A stretch of 64,000 nt of DNA from Thermoplasmatota archaeon (GTDB lineage Archaea > Thermoplasmatota > JAKEGO01), in assembly GCA_028279595.1 (NCBI GenBank), contig JANQNK010000003.1, positions 92,404 through 156,403 of the forward strand. Reading direction: 5' to 3'. Within the stretch, counting starts at the first letter, position 1; the number at the start of each line of letters is the position of its first letter. The notes under the pieces are model-generated. The model was not told the DNA's origin. It saw only the letters and a list, made by a program, of their open reading frames with translations, and ran no database searches. Below are positions 31,211 through 39,722 of the stretch, piece by piece. The position numbers and the translations under genes are program-made.

Positions 31211-31776
31211 GGTCGTTCATCGCCATACCGGTCAGTCCGTCCGGACAGATATCGAAGGTACTCTCGGAGCTTGGTCTGTGGCGCAGGCAGGGATTGAAGC
31301 CGGTCGAGCCCGAGAACATGCATCTGACGTTGAAGTTCCTCGGAGAGATCGATCCCGGAAGGGTTCCTGAGATCGTCGAGGCTATCGAACGGGCGATCGA
31401 GGACCATTCTCCTTTCAGGGTCCAATTCAAGGGGATGGGTGCATTCCCCAACGAGAACTACATCAAGGTCGTCTGGGTCGGCATCGATAGCGACGGGCTA
31501 GGCCCGCTCGCTTCCGACGTTATCGACGCCATGGCCGGACTCGGGTTCGAGAGGTCGAAGTTCTCCGCACACCTGACCCTGGCCCGCGTCAAAGGCCCGA
31601 AGCCGAGGGAGCGCATCCAGGAGATGATCGCCGACAACCGGGACAGGGACCTCGGCCGACTGGACGTCGACTCCATCTACCTTATGAAGAGCACCTTGAC
31701 CCCGGCTGGCCCCATCTACGATGAGGTCTCCAGGATAGAATTGGCGGGGACCAGCTCACTTTCCGTTCAGGAGTAG
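31207..31776 (+). CDS. thpR: RNA 2',3'-cyclic phosphodiesterase ThpR/LigT (2H phosphoesterase)
   Basis: 189 aa with the two HxTx motifs HLTLKF and HLTLAR. ATGA overlap with nnr. Confidence 0.88.
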   Translation: MRSFIAIPVSPSGQISKVLSELGLWRRQGLKPVEPENMHLTLKFLGEIDPGRVPEIVEAIERAIEDHSPFRVQFKGMGAFPNENYIKVVWVGIDSDGLGPLASDVIDAMAGLGFERSKFSAHLTLARVKGPKPRERIQEMIADNRDRDLGRLDVDSIYLMKSTLTPAGPIYDEVSRIELAGTSSLSVQE

Positions 31777-32166
31777 CGCCATGAATACCAGGACGACGGT
31801 CCTCTCCAGGGTGTCCGTTATCTCGACCTCGTTCCTGTACTGCGTCTTGTGGTTGGGCAGAACCCCTGTCCCGATGAGGGTGACGTGCTCCACGTCCTCG
31901 TCGACATAGGTGACGATGTCGGTCTTGTCATCGGACTCGTATCCCTCGGCCTTCGGTATCCGAATGACGTGATGGATCTCCCTAAGACCCTCAGTGTTCG
32001 GTAGCGAGATGTCAAAACGGTCCTCTCCCGTGACGTTGTACCAGATGAGATTCCCGGTCTCGTAGACCTTTGGCTCGAGCTTACGGCTAACCCTGTCGAG
32101 CATCTCTAGTAACATACCGACCTTGCGCTCCCTATCTTCGATCGTGCTCATGGAGATCACCTGCAT
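31756..32166 (-). CDS. Hypothetical protein
   Basis: 136-aa ORF with ordinary amino-acid composition and no motif I recognise. Its 3' end overlaps thpR by 21 nt (convergent). Confidence 0.5.
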   Translation of the reverse strand: MQVISMSTIEDRERKVGMLLEMLDRVSRKLEPKVYETGNLIWYNVTGEDRFDISLPNTEGLREIHHVIRIPKAEGYESDDKTDIVTYVDEDVEHVTLIGTGVLPNHKTQYRNEVEITDTLERTVVLVFMALLLNGK

Positions 32167-32268
32167 GCGGTGAGGAGCCTGCCCTGGACGGTCATTTCCA
32201 ATGGCAGCGCCCGGACCTATTACCGATTTTGTAATTTTGGGTATATAAACCCACGATGGTTATTTGAC

Positions 32269-32296
32269 AAAAACCGGAATTGAGGATCAATCCTCA
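32269..32296 (-). terminator. Hairpin plus T5 after the gene at 32328..32804
   Basis: Minus-sense TGAGGAT-TG-ATCCTCA (plus-strand 32281-32296), followed by ATTCCGGTTTTTG (T5 = plus-strand A5 at 32269-32273). Confidence 0.45.
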
Positions 32297-32327
32297 TAAC
32301 AATGATCGACGTTCGGGATCGACGGGT

Positions 32328-32804
32328 TCACTTTCGATGTTTCATCGACAATAGACCCGTGGTCTGATGTACCCCGTCGAAATTATCCTCAAGCACCCCG
32401 AGTACGTCCTTGAAGTTCCTCTTCGGAAAGGAGTACAGATCGATCCTTCCTTTCCCTGTCCGGATCTCCAGGCTGGATGCGAGCCTCTTCCCTCGGTCGA
32501 TGTCTATTGTACTGATCGATCCCTTCAGGTATATTCTCGGTTCAGGGTCACCCTCGAACAAGGGAGCTAGGTCCTGCTCTGACATAGCGCGGGATGCCCT
32601 CGATTCCCACTTGCCCGAGAAGATGCTCTTCATCACACCACCGAACCCCTTTGCATCTCTGTGGAAAAAGACTAGCCGTTCGGATGTGATCGCGAGGACA
32701 TATGCGGGGGGCCTCCCCGTCCGGAGCTCCTCCTCGTCTATGACGTCGACGACGTAAAGGAGTATCCTCTCGTTGACCTGTTCGCCGTTCATTCGATCAC
32801 GCAT
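32328..32804 (-). CDS. Hypothetical protein, possible bacterial-PH/GRAM-like fold
   Basis: 158 aa. AYVLAITSERLVFFHRD resembles the core strand motif of GRAM/bPH domains. Weak. Confidence 0.5.
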   Translation of the reverse strand: MRDRMNGEQVNERILLYVVDVIDEEELRTGRPPAYVLAITSERLVFFHRDAKGFGGVMKSIFSGKWESRASRAMSEQDLAPLFEGDPEPRIYLKGSISTIDIDRGKRLASSLEIRTGKGRIDLYSFPKRNFKDVLGVLEDNFDGVHQTTGLLSMKHRK

Positions 32805-34119
32805 ACTCTCCCTTCAGCACCAGGGAGTAGCTGTGGAGCGCTTCCAGGGCCTCCACGGCATGGCTCGGGTCCGTGTAGGCCGGGATGCCTGCCTCGATGA
32901 ACCGTCCCCGAAGGGTCCTGAAGTCTGTCCCGCCCGGGATGACGTCGACCACCGGCTTGGACGATCCCTTTAAAGCCTCGAGGATGCCATCTACATCCCC
33001 GGGGCTGAAGAAGCACGATTTCATCTGGTTTATGACGATGACGCCGTCCACCGTCTCGTCGGCCAGAACGGCCTTGAGGACATGCTTGTAACGCTCTCCA
33101 TCGGCGTCGGCGATGAGGTCGATGGGATTGATCATCTCCACACCCGGGTACTTCGAGGTCACCTGCTCGACGGTCTCCTCGACCGGTCTTGCCATCTTCA
33201 GGCCGGCCCTGACGACGGCGTCCGCGCCTAGGATGGCCGGACCGCCGACGTTGGATACGATCGCGATGCGCCTTCCCTCGAGCGGCGGCTGGTTCGCGAG
33301 CGCCACCGATGTGTGTATGAGGGACTGGATGCTGGGGACGCGGATAATTCCCGCCTCCTTGAGCGCTATGTCGAAGATGTCGTCCGAGCCCGATACGGAT
33401 GCCGTATGGGACCGTGCCCTCCTTGCTCCCTCCTTGCTGATGCCGCCCTTGAGCGCGACAATGGGCTTCACGGCCGAGACCTTCGAAGCGGTCTCGACGA
33501 AGCTCCGGCCGTCCTTCACACCCTCGACGTACATCCCGATCGCCTTGGTCTCGGGATCTTCGAGGAGGTCCATCAGGAGGTCCTCGTCGTCGATGTCTAT
33601 CTTGTCTCCGACGAACGCGAACCGTGATATTCCGCATCCCTCCGAGATCGCGGTGTCCAGGACCGCTGCCCCGACACCTCCGCTCTGGACGATGAACGAC
33701 GAGGGTCCCTTCGCAGGTGCGATACCCTCGTTGAACGCTGTGATCAGTCCTATCCCCGTGTCCAGATATCCCATTATCGAGTTGGGGCCGAGCAGCCGGA
33801 ACCCGTACCTTTCGATGTGACCGTTGTATGTGGCCCTCTGGACGGCAGTGAACCCGCCTGTGATCTGGATGATAGCCGAGACCCCGGCCTCGCCGCACTT
33901 TCCAGCCCACGTAAGGGACTCGTCCGGCGGGAGCGCGATGACCGCCAGGTCCCCCTCGATCGGTGTAGGATCGTCAATATCGACGACCCTCACGGTCCCC
34001 TTGAAACCGGCCATGTTCTCCTGGATCCCGCGGAAGAGGTCAGGATGCGTCATCCCGATCTCCTCGGTCATCGTCGATGATCCTACGAGGACAACCCTCT
34101 CGGGTCTGAGCGCCTTCAT
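32797..34119 (-). CDS. acdA: Acetyl-CoA synthetase (ADP-forming), alpha subunit
   Basis: 440 aa. CoA-binding plus succinyl-CoA-synthetase-like fold. Phosphohistidine context ARRARSHTASVSGSD. ATGA overlap with the beta subunit. Confidence 0.85.
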   Translation of the reverse strand: MKALRPERVVLVGSSTMTEEIGMTHPDLFRGIQENMAGFKGTVRVVDIDDPTPIEGDLAVIALPPDESLTWAGKCGEAGVSAIIQITGGFTAVQRATYNGHIERYGFRLLGPNSIMGYLDTGIGLITAFNEGIAPAKGPSSFIVQSGGVGAAVLDTAISEGCGISRFAFVGDKIDIDDEDLLMDLLEDPETKAIGMYVEGVKDGRSFVETASKVSAVKPIVALKGGISKEGARRARSHTASVSGSDDIFDIALKEAGIIRVPSIQSLIHTSVALANQPPLEGRRIAIVSNVGGPAILGADAVVRAGLKMARPVEETVEQVTSKYPGVEMINPIDLIADADGERYKHVLKAVLADETVDGVIVINQMKSCFFSPGDVDGILEALKGSSKPVVDVIPGGTDFRTLRGRFIEAGIPAYTDPSHAVEALEALHSYSLVLKGEYA

Positions 34120-34796
34120 TCCACCGCCCTCCCGATGACCTTCACATCCACGGCAATGGCGCCGTCCCTCCGGGCGAAGATCGGATTGACGTCGATCTCC
34201 ATGATGTCGTCCCTCGCCGCCATGAGCTCGGAGACTGACACGATTATCCTGGCCAGGGTGTCGATGTCGACAGGTTCTCCTCCTCTGAACCGCTTCAGAA
34301 CGGGCGAAGCGCGGATCTCCATCATCATACGTTTCGCCTTGTCCGTCGTCGTCGGAGCCAGCCTGTAGGAAACGTCCTTGAAAAGCTCGATCCAGACACC
34401 CCCGAGACCGAACATTACGACAGGGCCGAACTGCGGGTCCCGCAGTCCGCCGACAATGACCTCGACGCCCCTCTCGACGTGAGGCTGTACCGTCACACCC
34501 TCGATCTCCGCCTTCGGGGCCAGACGCTTGACGGATGCGACGATCCCCTCGAAAGCGTCGGCCGCATCGTCAGCGGTCCTGACCATGGTCCTGACACCCC
34601 CGACGTCGGTCTTGTGCAATATGTCCGGTGATGATATCTTGAGAACGACCGGTCCCCCGCCCAACTCAGAGAAGAGTCGTGAGGCGTCCGCTGCGGTCTT
34701 GGCCAGCACCGTCCTTGCAACGGGGATCCTGTATTCCTTCAGCAGGGCGTGCGCGTCGGCCTCGTGGAGTACCGGGCGCGGCTTGTGACCTGTCAT
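34116..34796 (-). CDS. acdB: Acetyl-CoA synthetase (ADP-forming), beta subunit (ATP-grasp)
   Basis: Track ORF 34116..35453 trimmed to ATG 34796 (MTGHKPRPVLHEADAHALLKEYRIPV), 226 aa. VLKISSPDILHKTDVGGV, EINPIF-like IDVNPIFA. The discarded N-terminal 219 aa are antisense to the radical SAM gene. Confidence 0.85.
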   Translation of the reverse strand: MTGHKPRPVLHEADAHALLKEYRIPVARTVLAKTAADASRLFSELGGGPVVLKISSPDILHKTDVGGVRTMVRTADDAADAFEGIVASVKRLAPKAEIEGVTVQPHVERGVEVIVGGLRDPQFGPVVMFGLGGVWIELFKDVSYRLAPTTTDKAKRMMMEIRASPVLKRFRGGEPVDIDTLARIIVSVSELMAARDDIMEIDVNPIFARRDGAIAVDVKVIGRAVE

Positions 34797-34890
34797 ACGG
34801 GGTGAGACGGACCGGCCTTTAAAAATATAGCGAGTGCATCGGTCCAATGATGAAGTTAGTCTTTTAGGCATCGTGATCATTCGGGTTATC

Positions 34891-35838
34891 ATGCCTCTCG
34901 ACCGGTATCTTAAGGTCCTTGCGGGTGAGGAGAGGCCAGCGTTCCAGGATTCCCGTTCATCGGGGGAACTTGGGAAGAAGGTCCTCGCTGCCAACAAGAT
35001 GATGGAGCATTGCGAGCTCTGCGAATGGAGATGCGGTGCGGACAGGGCCCACGGTGAGACCGGGAAGTGCGGTGTGGGCGAAGCCAGGATATCCTCGGAG
35101 TTCCTCCACATGGGCGAGGAAAGGGAGCTCGTCCCCTCACATACAATATTCTTCCCCGGATGCAACTTCCAGTGCGGTTTCTGCCAGAACCACGACATCA
35201 GCCAGGACCCGAAGGACGGCGAGGCCATTGAGCCCGCGGACCTGGCCAGCAAGATCGACGGACGCTTCGGACCGCGATCCGAGCCACCACCGCTATTCCC
35301 ACTCCAGGTGATGAGGGGCGGCGGCCGCAACGTCAACTTCGTCGGAGGGGACCCGACGCCGAACCTTCCGTTCATCCTCGAGGTCCTGGACCGCGTGGAT
35401 TCACCCGTTCCGGTGGTCTGGAACTCCAACATGTTCCTCACCGAGGAGGCCATGGCCCTGCTGGACGGGGCCGTCGACCTCTATCTGACCGACTTCAAGT
35501 ACGGCAACGTCGAGTGCGCCAAGAGGTTGTCCGGCGTGACCGGATACCTTGGCCCGGTCACACGGAACCACATTCTGGCCGAGAAGAACGGAGACCTCCT
35601 GATCAGGCACCTGGTCCTCCCCGGTCACGTCGATTGCTGCACCAAACCCGTAATGGACATAATCGGTAACAAGCTGGGGTCCGCCCGCATCAACATCATG
35701 GACCAGTTCAGACCGGTCTGGAGGGCCAGGGATCTTGGTCTCGACAGAATGCTTTCACCCGAAGAGTACAAGGAAGCGGTGGAATACGCCGAGAAGGTCC
35801 TCGACATGGACCGGTTCAGCCTTCAGCATCCCCTCTGA
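34891..35838 (+). CDS. Radical SAM protein, PflX-like (pyruvate formate-lyase activase homologue)
   Basis: Trimmed to ATG 34891. CELCEWRCGADR...GKCG upstream Cys cluster, then the radical SAM motif CNFQCGFCQN. Confidence 0.8.
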   Translation: MPLDRYLKVLAGEERPAFQDSRSSGELGKKVLAANKMMEHCELCEWRCGADRAHGETGKCGVGEARISSEFLHMGEERELVPSHTIFFPGCNFQCGFCQNHDISQDPKDGEAIEPADLASKIDGRFGPRSEPPPLFPLQVMRGGGRNVNFVGGDPTPNLPFILEVLDRVDSPVPVVWNSNMFLTEEAMALLDGAVDLYLTDFKYGNVECAKRLSGVTGYLGPVTRNHILAEKNGDLLIRHLVLPGHVDCCTKPVMDIIGNKLGSARINIMDQFRPVWRARDLGLDRMLSPEEYKEAVEYAEKVLDMDRFSLQHPL

Positions 35839-35839
35839 A

Positions 35840-36370
35840 TCATTCTCTGGACTCCAGCTCCTTCAGGACCTCTTCGGGTAGGAACTCCATCTGCGCAGCC
35901 ACGACCCCTGCGGAATCGTTTGCTGTCATGTACGCTTCCAGAGGCTCCCTGTTGAGTGTGATGAAGTTGGGTCCCCACTTGAACTTGGATACCAGTTCCT
36001 CGGCCTCCTGGATGTCGCCGAGGATGTACGCTGATGCGGACAACGCCTCTGCCGTCGAGAGCCTCCATGGGCGGCCGTAATTGACCGGGTTCGCCGCTAT
36101 AAGATATGGAAGCGCCCTAGCCTCTGCCGAGACCCTTGGAAATACTGTCTCCAGCGTCGCCCACGAGCAGTCCAGCCCGAGGACGCCGCGCCTGGACGCC
36201 TTCCTGTCAGCCGGGGAGAATGCAACGTCAGCCCGTGGGTCCAGTATCACACCCGACCTCTTGATCTGACGGCGGTACACACGCTCGACGATCTCGAACC
36301 TGACCAGTTTCCTGGCTGTGTTCCGTTTGGGATCGTCATCGCCCTCTATGTAGACCGAGAACCGTGTCAC
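35840..36370 (-). CDS. tsr3: 16S rRNA aminocarboxypropyltransferase Tsr3
   Basis: Track ORF 35840..36538 trimmed to in-frame GTG 36370 (MTRFSVYIEGDDDPKRNTARKLVRF), 176 aa. GLDCSW, LIAANPVNYG, LSTAEALSASAYILG, KWGPNFITLNREPLEAY. The longer ORF would overlap the small gene at 36414..36560. Confidence 0.85.
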   Translation of the reverse strand: MTRFSVYIEGDDDPKRNTARKLVRFEIVERVYRRQIKRSGVILDPRADVAFSPADRKASRRGVLGLDCSWATLETVFPRVSAEARALPYLIAANPVNYGRPWRLSTAEALSASAYILGDIQEAEELVSKFKWGPNFITLNREPLEAYMTANDSAGVVAAQMEFLPEEVLKELESRE

Positions 36371-36413
36371 AGTACCCCCAACTAGGTCGTAGGTTAAGGG
36401 TATTTCGCCAGAC

Positions 36414-36560
36414 CTACTGCTGGAAATCGAAGCAGAAACCGCACTTCTCCGTCTCCTTGGGTGGCTCGTCGCAAAGCTCCTCGCCGTCCCAGTCGATCGG
36501 GCATTCGGTCTCCTTGGGATATTTGTGTACCTTCCCACCCTTCACGAAGAACTTGACCAT
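36414..36560 (-). CDS. 48-aa Cys-rich small protein, copy 1 of a tandem pair
   Basis: Below the track cutoff. My translation: MVKFFVKGGKVHKYPKETECPIDWDGEELCDEPPKETEKCGFCFDFQQ*. It has the same length and Cys spacing as copy 2. Confidence 0.6.
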   Translation of the reverse strand: MVKFFVKGGKVHKYPKETECPIDWDGEELCDEPPKETEKCGFCFDFQQ

Positions 36561-36647
36561 GTTTATCACAGGACACCACATCGATTAATAGTCCTTCCCC
36601 GAACTACCATGATAAAAGGGTATGACGATCCGGGACCGGCGTGCCGA

Positions 36648-36794
36648 TCACTGCTGGATGTCAAAACAGAAGCTGCACTTCTTGTCGCCGTTCGGCGGTT
36701 CCTGACAGAGGACCTCGCCGTTGTGGAGAACAGTGCATTCTGTTCCCTTCGGGTGCTTGTGGACCTTTCCTCCTTTAACGAAGAATTCCTCCAT
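36648..36794 (-). CDS. 48-aa Cys-rich small protein, copy 2 of a tandem pair
   Basis: Below the track cutoff. My translation: MEEFFVKGGKVHKHPKGTECTVLHNGEVLCQEPPNGDKKCSFCFDIQQ*. Conserved with copy 1: FFVKGGKVHK.PK.TEC, GE.LC.EPP, KC.FCFD.QQ. Confidence 0.6.
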   Translation of the reverse strand: MEEFFVKGGKVHKHPKGTECTVLHNGEVLCQEPPNGDKKCSFCFDIQQ

Positions 36795-36844
36795 GGTACC
36801 GTTTAGTGACCATTCTCGGATAATATCCCTTTCCCGAAAGAGCG

Positions 36845-37072
36845 CTAATCGGAAAGGTCGTCCAGCATGTTCACGAGGCGGTCTAATTCCCGGTTGGACT
36901 TGATTATGCTACGTGTAAGGGTACCGTCGAAGTCCATGTCGATGGTGTGGCCACAGTTGCACTCGTGGTGGATGAGCCCCAACATCTTCTCGAGTGCGAT
37001 CTGATGGGTGCGCTCGCACTGGGGGCAATGAACATCCACTATCCTGATCCCTATGCGTCTGGAGCCTGTCAT
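36845..37072 (-). CDS. Small putative zinc-finger protein
   Basis: 75 aa. CPQC...HHECNCGH could form a Cys/His metal site. No family recognised. Confidence 0.45.
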   Translation of the reverse strand: MTGSRRIGIRIVDVHCPQCERTHQIALEKMLGLIHHECNCGHTIDMDFDGTLTRSIIKSNRELDRLVNMLDDLSD

Positions 37073-37215
37073 CTCGCCTCATATTATATTTGGGTCTCAA
37101 TGATAGTTATAATTTGCGCATCGAGTATAAATAGAGGACCAGTTCCGGTGTCAGATCGGTGTGCCACAAGTATTAACCCGATCACGTCCCTTCATAGCTC
37201 ACGAGGTGCCGAAGT

Positions 37216-37884
37216 ATGCTGCCCAGGATCATAACTCACACGGGAGTGAGTCTCGATGGGAGGGTGACCGGTTTCGAGGTAGATGTCGGTCTCTACTACG
37301 AACTGGCCATGGGGTGGGGCGAGGACGCAACCCTCGTGGGCGCCGACACACTTCTCACCGCCCCGGATGACGAGGTCCCGGAGGAGACGCCTGAAGCGTT
37401 CGAACCCAGGACTGTAGATCCCGAGGACCCCAGGTCCATCATCGTGATCCCCGACAGCCGCGGCAGACTCCGGAACTGGCACTACTGGCCAAGGACAGAG
37501 TACTGGAAGGACGCTGTGGCGATGATCTCGGCCTCGACCCCCGACGACTACGTTGAACACCTCAGGGAGCGTCACATCGACACGATCGTAGCTGGCGATG
37601 ACCATGTGGACCTGCGGAAGGCCCTCGAGGAACTGAATCGGGGATTCGGTGTGGAAACGGTCCGCGTCGACAGCGGCGGGACTCTTTTCTCCGTCCTGTT
37701 GCGAGAGGGCCTGGTAAGCGAGGTCAGCCTGCTAGTCCATCCGGTAGTGGTCGGGGGAGGCGACGAGAACCTGCTCTTCAAGGGGGAGATCCTCGACGAC
37801 GCGATCCTTCCGGACCTGGAATTGTTGTCCATCGAGGAGAAGAGGAACGGTATCCTCTGGTTGAAGTACGATTTGAAGGGTTGA
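37216..37884 (+). CDS. RibD C-terminal-domain reductase (diaminohydroxyphosphoribosylaminopyrimidine reductase-like / DHFR fold)
   Basis: 222 aa. ITHTGVSLDGRVTG at the N-terminus and VRVDSGGTLFSVLLREGLVSEVSLLVHPVVVGGG near the C-terminus match archaeal pyrimidine reductases. Confidence 0.6.
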   Translation: MLPRIITHTGVSLDGRVTGFEVDVGLYYELAMGWGEDATLVGADTLLTAPDDEVPEETPEAFEPRTVDPEDPRSIIVIPDSRGRLRNWHYWPRTEYWKDAVAMISASTPDDYVEHLRERHIDTIVAGDDHVDLRKALEELNRGFGVETVRVDSGGTLFSVLLREGLVSEVSLLVHPVVVGGGDENLLFKGEILDDAILPDLELLSIEEKRNGILWLKYDLKG

Positions 37885-37892
37885 TCCCCCCC

Positions 37893-38462
37893 TCATCTGT
37901 TCAGGTCCATCATGGCCGCGTTCGGGCATTTGAACCGCGCCAGACAGTTCACGCAGGCGATCATCCGGAAGACGACGAACACCCTGAACAACATCAGACC
38001 GAGGACTGACAGGAACAGCCCGAGCAGCAGGTACGAGAAATCGATGAACAGTGCGATGCCCATGCCTGCGATCGGGAGGATGAGCGCCGCCATGTACAGC
38101 GTGTTGTGGCAGAGCAATCCCTTCGCACGATCAGCGAAGCGGTTCGGGTCCCCCCTTTCAGAGAGCTCCTTCGCGATGATATTGCTCCCGGCAATGCAGC
38201 GTGATCCGCCCAGCCTCGAGTAAACGCAGTGCGGACAGACGATGAAGGGCATCAGTATGTACAGCTGGAATATCGCGAAGGCCAGGTAGAAGGCTCCGAT
38301 GATATCGCCGTATCCCAGGAACGCGAAGCCGACCGCCAGTCCGATGGCGCCGAGCACGTAATGGAGACCGAGCGAGATATGGTACACGAGCATGTGTCCC
38401 ACCGGATAGACCTTGTACCCTGTTCTGACACGTACCCTGCGTCCCGTCGGATCACCCGCCAT
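37893..38462 (-). CDS. Hypothetical four-TM membrane protein with CxxC pairs
   Basis: Track ORF 37893..38624 trimmed to ATG 38462 (MAGDPTGRR...) so that it does not overlap tyrS. CPHC and CVNC...CP motifs flank the hydrophobic helices. Confidence 0.5.
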   Translation of the reverse strand: MAGDPTGRRVRVRTGYKVYPVGHMLVYHISLGLHYVLGAIGLAVGFAFLGYGDIIGAFYLAFAIFQLYILMPFIVCPHCVYSRLGGSRCIAGSNIIAKELSERGDPNRFADRAKGLLCHNTLYMAALILPIAGMGIALFIDFSYLLLGLFLSVLGLMLFRVFVVFRMIACVNCLARFKCPNAAMMDLNR

Positions 38463-38547
38463 GGAATCCGGGACCGGGTTCAAAAGGTTTTCCGGCTGTC
38501 GGCAGGGTCCACAACCCTTTAGAACGAGCGCCGTGATACATCGGCCG

Positions 38548-39570
38548 ATGACATCGACCTTCGAGACCATAGCCCGGGACGCCGAGGTGGTCACCCAGGA
38601 CGAGCTGAAGGTCCTGCTCGACAACGGAGGGGGGAAGGCCTACATCGGGTTCGAGCCCTCCGGCATAGTCCACGTAGGCTGGCTCGTCTGCATCAAGAAG
38701 ATGAAGGAGGTGACGGACGCCGGGTTCGACCTGACCGTCTACCTGGCGGACTGGCACGCGTTCGTCAACGACAAGCTCGGCGGTGATATCGAGACCATAC
38801 GGCTCTGCGGCGAATACCTGAAGGAGGTCTTCGACGCCGCCCAGGTCCCGTGCACCTACCTGTACGCGTCGGAGCTCATGGACTCGATAGACTACTGGGA
38901 GCGTGTCATGCGGGTCATGAAGGGCACCACCCTGAAGAGGACCAAGAGGGCCATGACCGTCATGGGCCGCAAGGAGGACGAGGCAGAGGCCGACACATCG
39001 AAGTTCCTCTATCCCGCCCTGCAGGTGGCCGACATATTCGAGATGGACCTTGACCTGGCCCTCGGGGGAATGGACCAGCGCCACGCCCACATGCTCCAGA
39101 GGGACGTCGCGGACAAGCTCGGGTGGAAGAAGGTGGTGGCAGTCCATACTCCGTTGATCTCGGGACTAGCCGCCAGCGGTCGTATGGACCCGATCGAGGG
39201 TAAGATGTCGAAGTCCAACCCCGACGGTACGATATCGATCCACGATACCACCGAGGAGATCTCCCGGAAGATGAAGAAGGCCTTCTGCCCCGAGATGGCC
39301 GAGGGCAATCCGGTAGTGGAAATAGTCCAACATGTCATATTCCCCTACGAGGGCAAGTTCACCATACTCAGGGACGAGAAGTGGGGAGGCGACATCGAGT
39401 ACACCGATGTCGCGGCTCTGATCGCGGACCTCGAGTCCAAGCAGCTCCACCCGCAGGACCTCAAGATGTCCACCGCGGCCGCACTCGACAGGATCGTCGA
39501 GCCGTACAGGGCACATTTCGAGGGTAAGATGGACATGGTGGAGCGGATCAGCGCAGCAGTGGGACGCTGA
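38548..39570 (+). CDS. tyrS: Tyrosine--tRNA ligase (archaeal type)
   Basis: Trimmed from TTG 38413 to ATG 38548, 340 aa. AYIGFEPSGIVHVGW (HIGH-equivalent) and KMSKS. Colinear with my recollection of M. jannaschii TyrRS: GGMDQR..HML, NPVVEI. Confidence 0.9.
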   Translation: MTSTFETIARDAEVVTQDELKVLLDNGGGKAYIGFEPSGIVHVGWLVCIKKMKEVTDAGFDLTVYLADWHAFVNDKLGGDIETIRLCGEYLKEVFDAAQVPCTYLYASELMDSIDYWERVMRVMKGTTLKRTKRAMTVMGRKEDEAEADTSKFLYPALQVADIFEMDLDLALGGMDQRHAHMLQRDVADKLGWKKVVAVHTPLISGLAASGRMDPIEGKMSKSNPDGTISIHDTTEEISRKMKKAFCPEMAEGNPVVEIVQHVIFPYEGKFTILRDEKWGGDIEYTDVAALIADLESKQLHPQDLKMSTAAALDRIVEPYRAHFEGKMDMVERISAAVGR

Positions 39571-39595
39571 TATCCAGGATGACCTTCACGGATGG

Positions 39596-39658
39596 GGGGC
39601 GCTGTGATGATGAACGCCTCGCCGATCATTGACGACTGATGGGCAAGCTGAGCGCCCC
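39596..39658 (+). ncRNA. Candidate C/D box sRNA (2'-O-methylation guide)
   Basis: Layout: 5'-GGGGCGC-U-GUGAUGA(C box, 39604-39610)-UGAACGCCUCG-CCGA(D'-like)-UCA-UUGACGA(C'-like, 39629-39635)-CUGAUGGGCAAG(12 nt)-CUGA(D box, 39648-39651)-GCGCCCC-3'. A 7-bp all-G:C terminal stem (39596-39602 with 39652-39658) brackets the boxes. The element is 63 nt and begins 26 nt after the tyrS stop. Confidence 0.55.
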
Positions 39659-39692
39659 GCACCGCCATGCAGGAGCTGGTTTTCGACATTCA

Positions 39693-39702
39693 ATATATAT
39701 AT
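39693..39702 (+). promoter_or_regulatory. TATA box candidate for the transglutaminase-like gene
   Basis: ATATATATAT ends 21 nt before ATG 39723. Confidence 0.4.
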
Positions 39703-39722
39703 CGAAAGGCCGATTCCCACCC

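Noticed and set aside
32789-33910. 373-aa minus-strand ORF overlapping acdA in another frame
   Set aside because: The acdA frame carries the phosphohistidine SHTAS motif and CoA-binding pattern. This frame is Arg/Gly/Pro/His-rich.
34797-35453. N-terminal 219-aa extension of the acdB ORF (track 34116..35453)
   Set aside because: The extension is antisense to the radical SAM gene and lacks ATP-grasp similarity. A normal-length beta subunit starts at ATG 34796.
34891-36794. Possible RiPP system: radical SAM enzyme plus the two small Cys-rich peptides
   Set aside because: The radical SAM protein is the PflX/activase type (CNFQCGFCQN plus an N-terminal Cys cluster) without a SPASM/twitch-like C-terminal Cys domain that I can see. 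It is on the opposite strand and is separated from the peptides by tsr3. The peptides' conserved N-terminal half also looks like a folded domain rather than a leader. This is noted as a remote possibility only.
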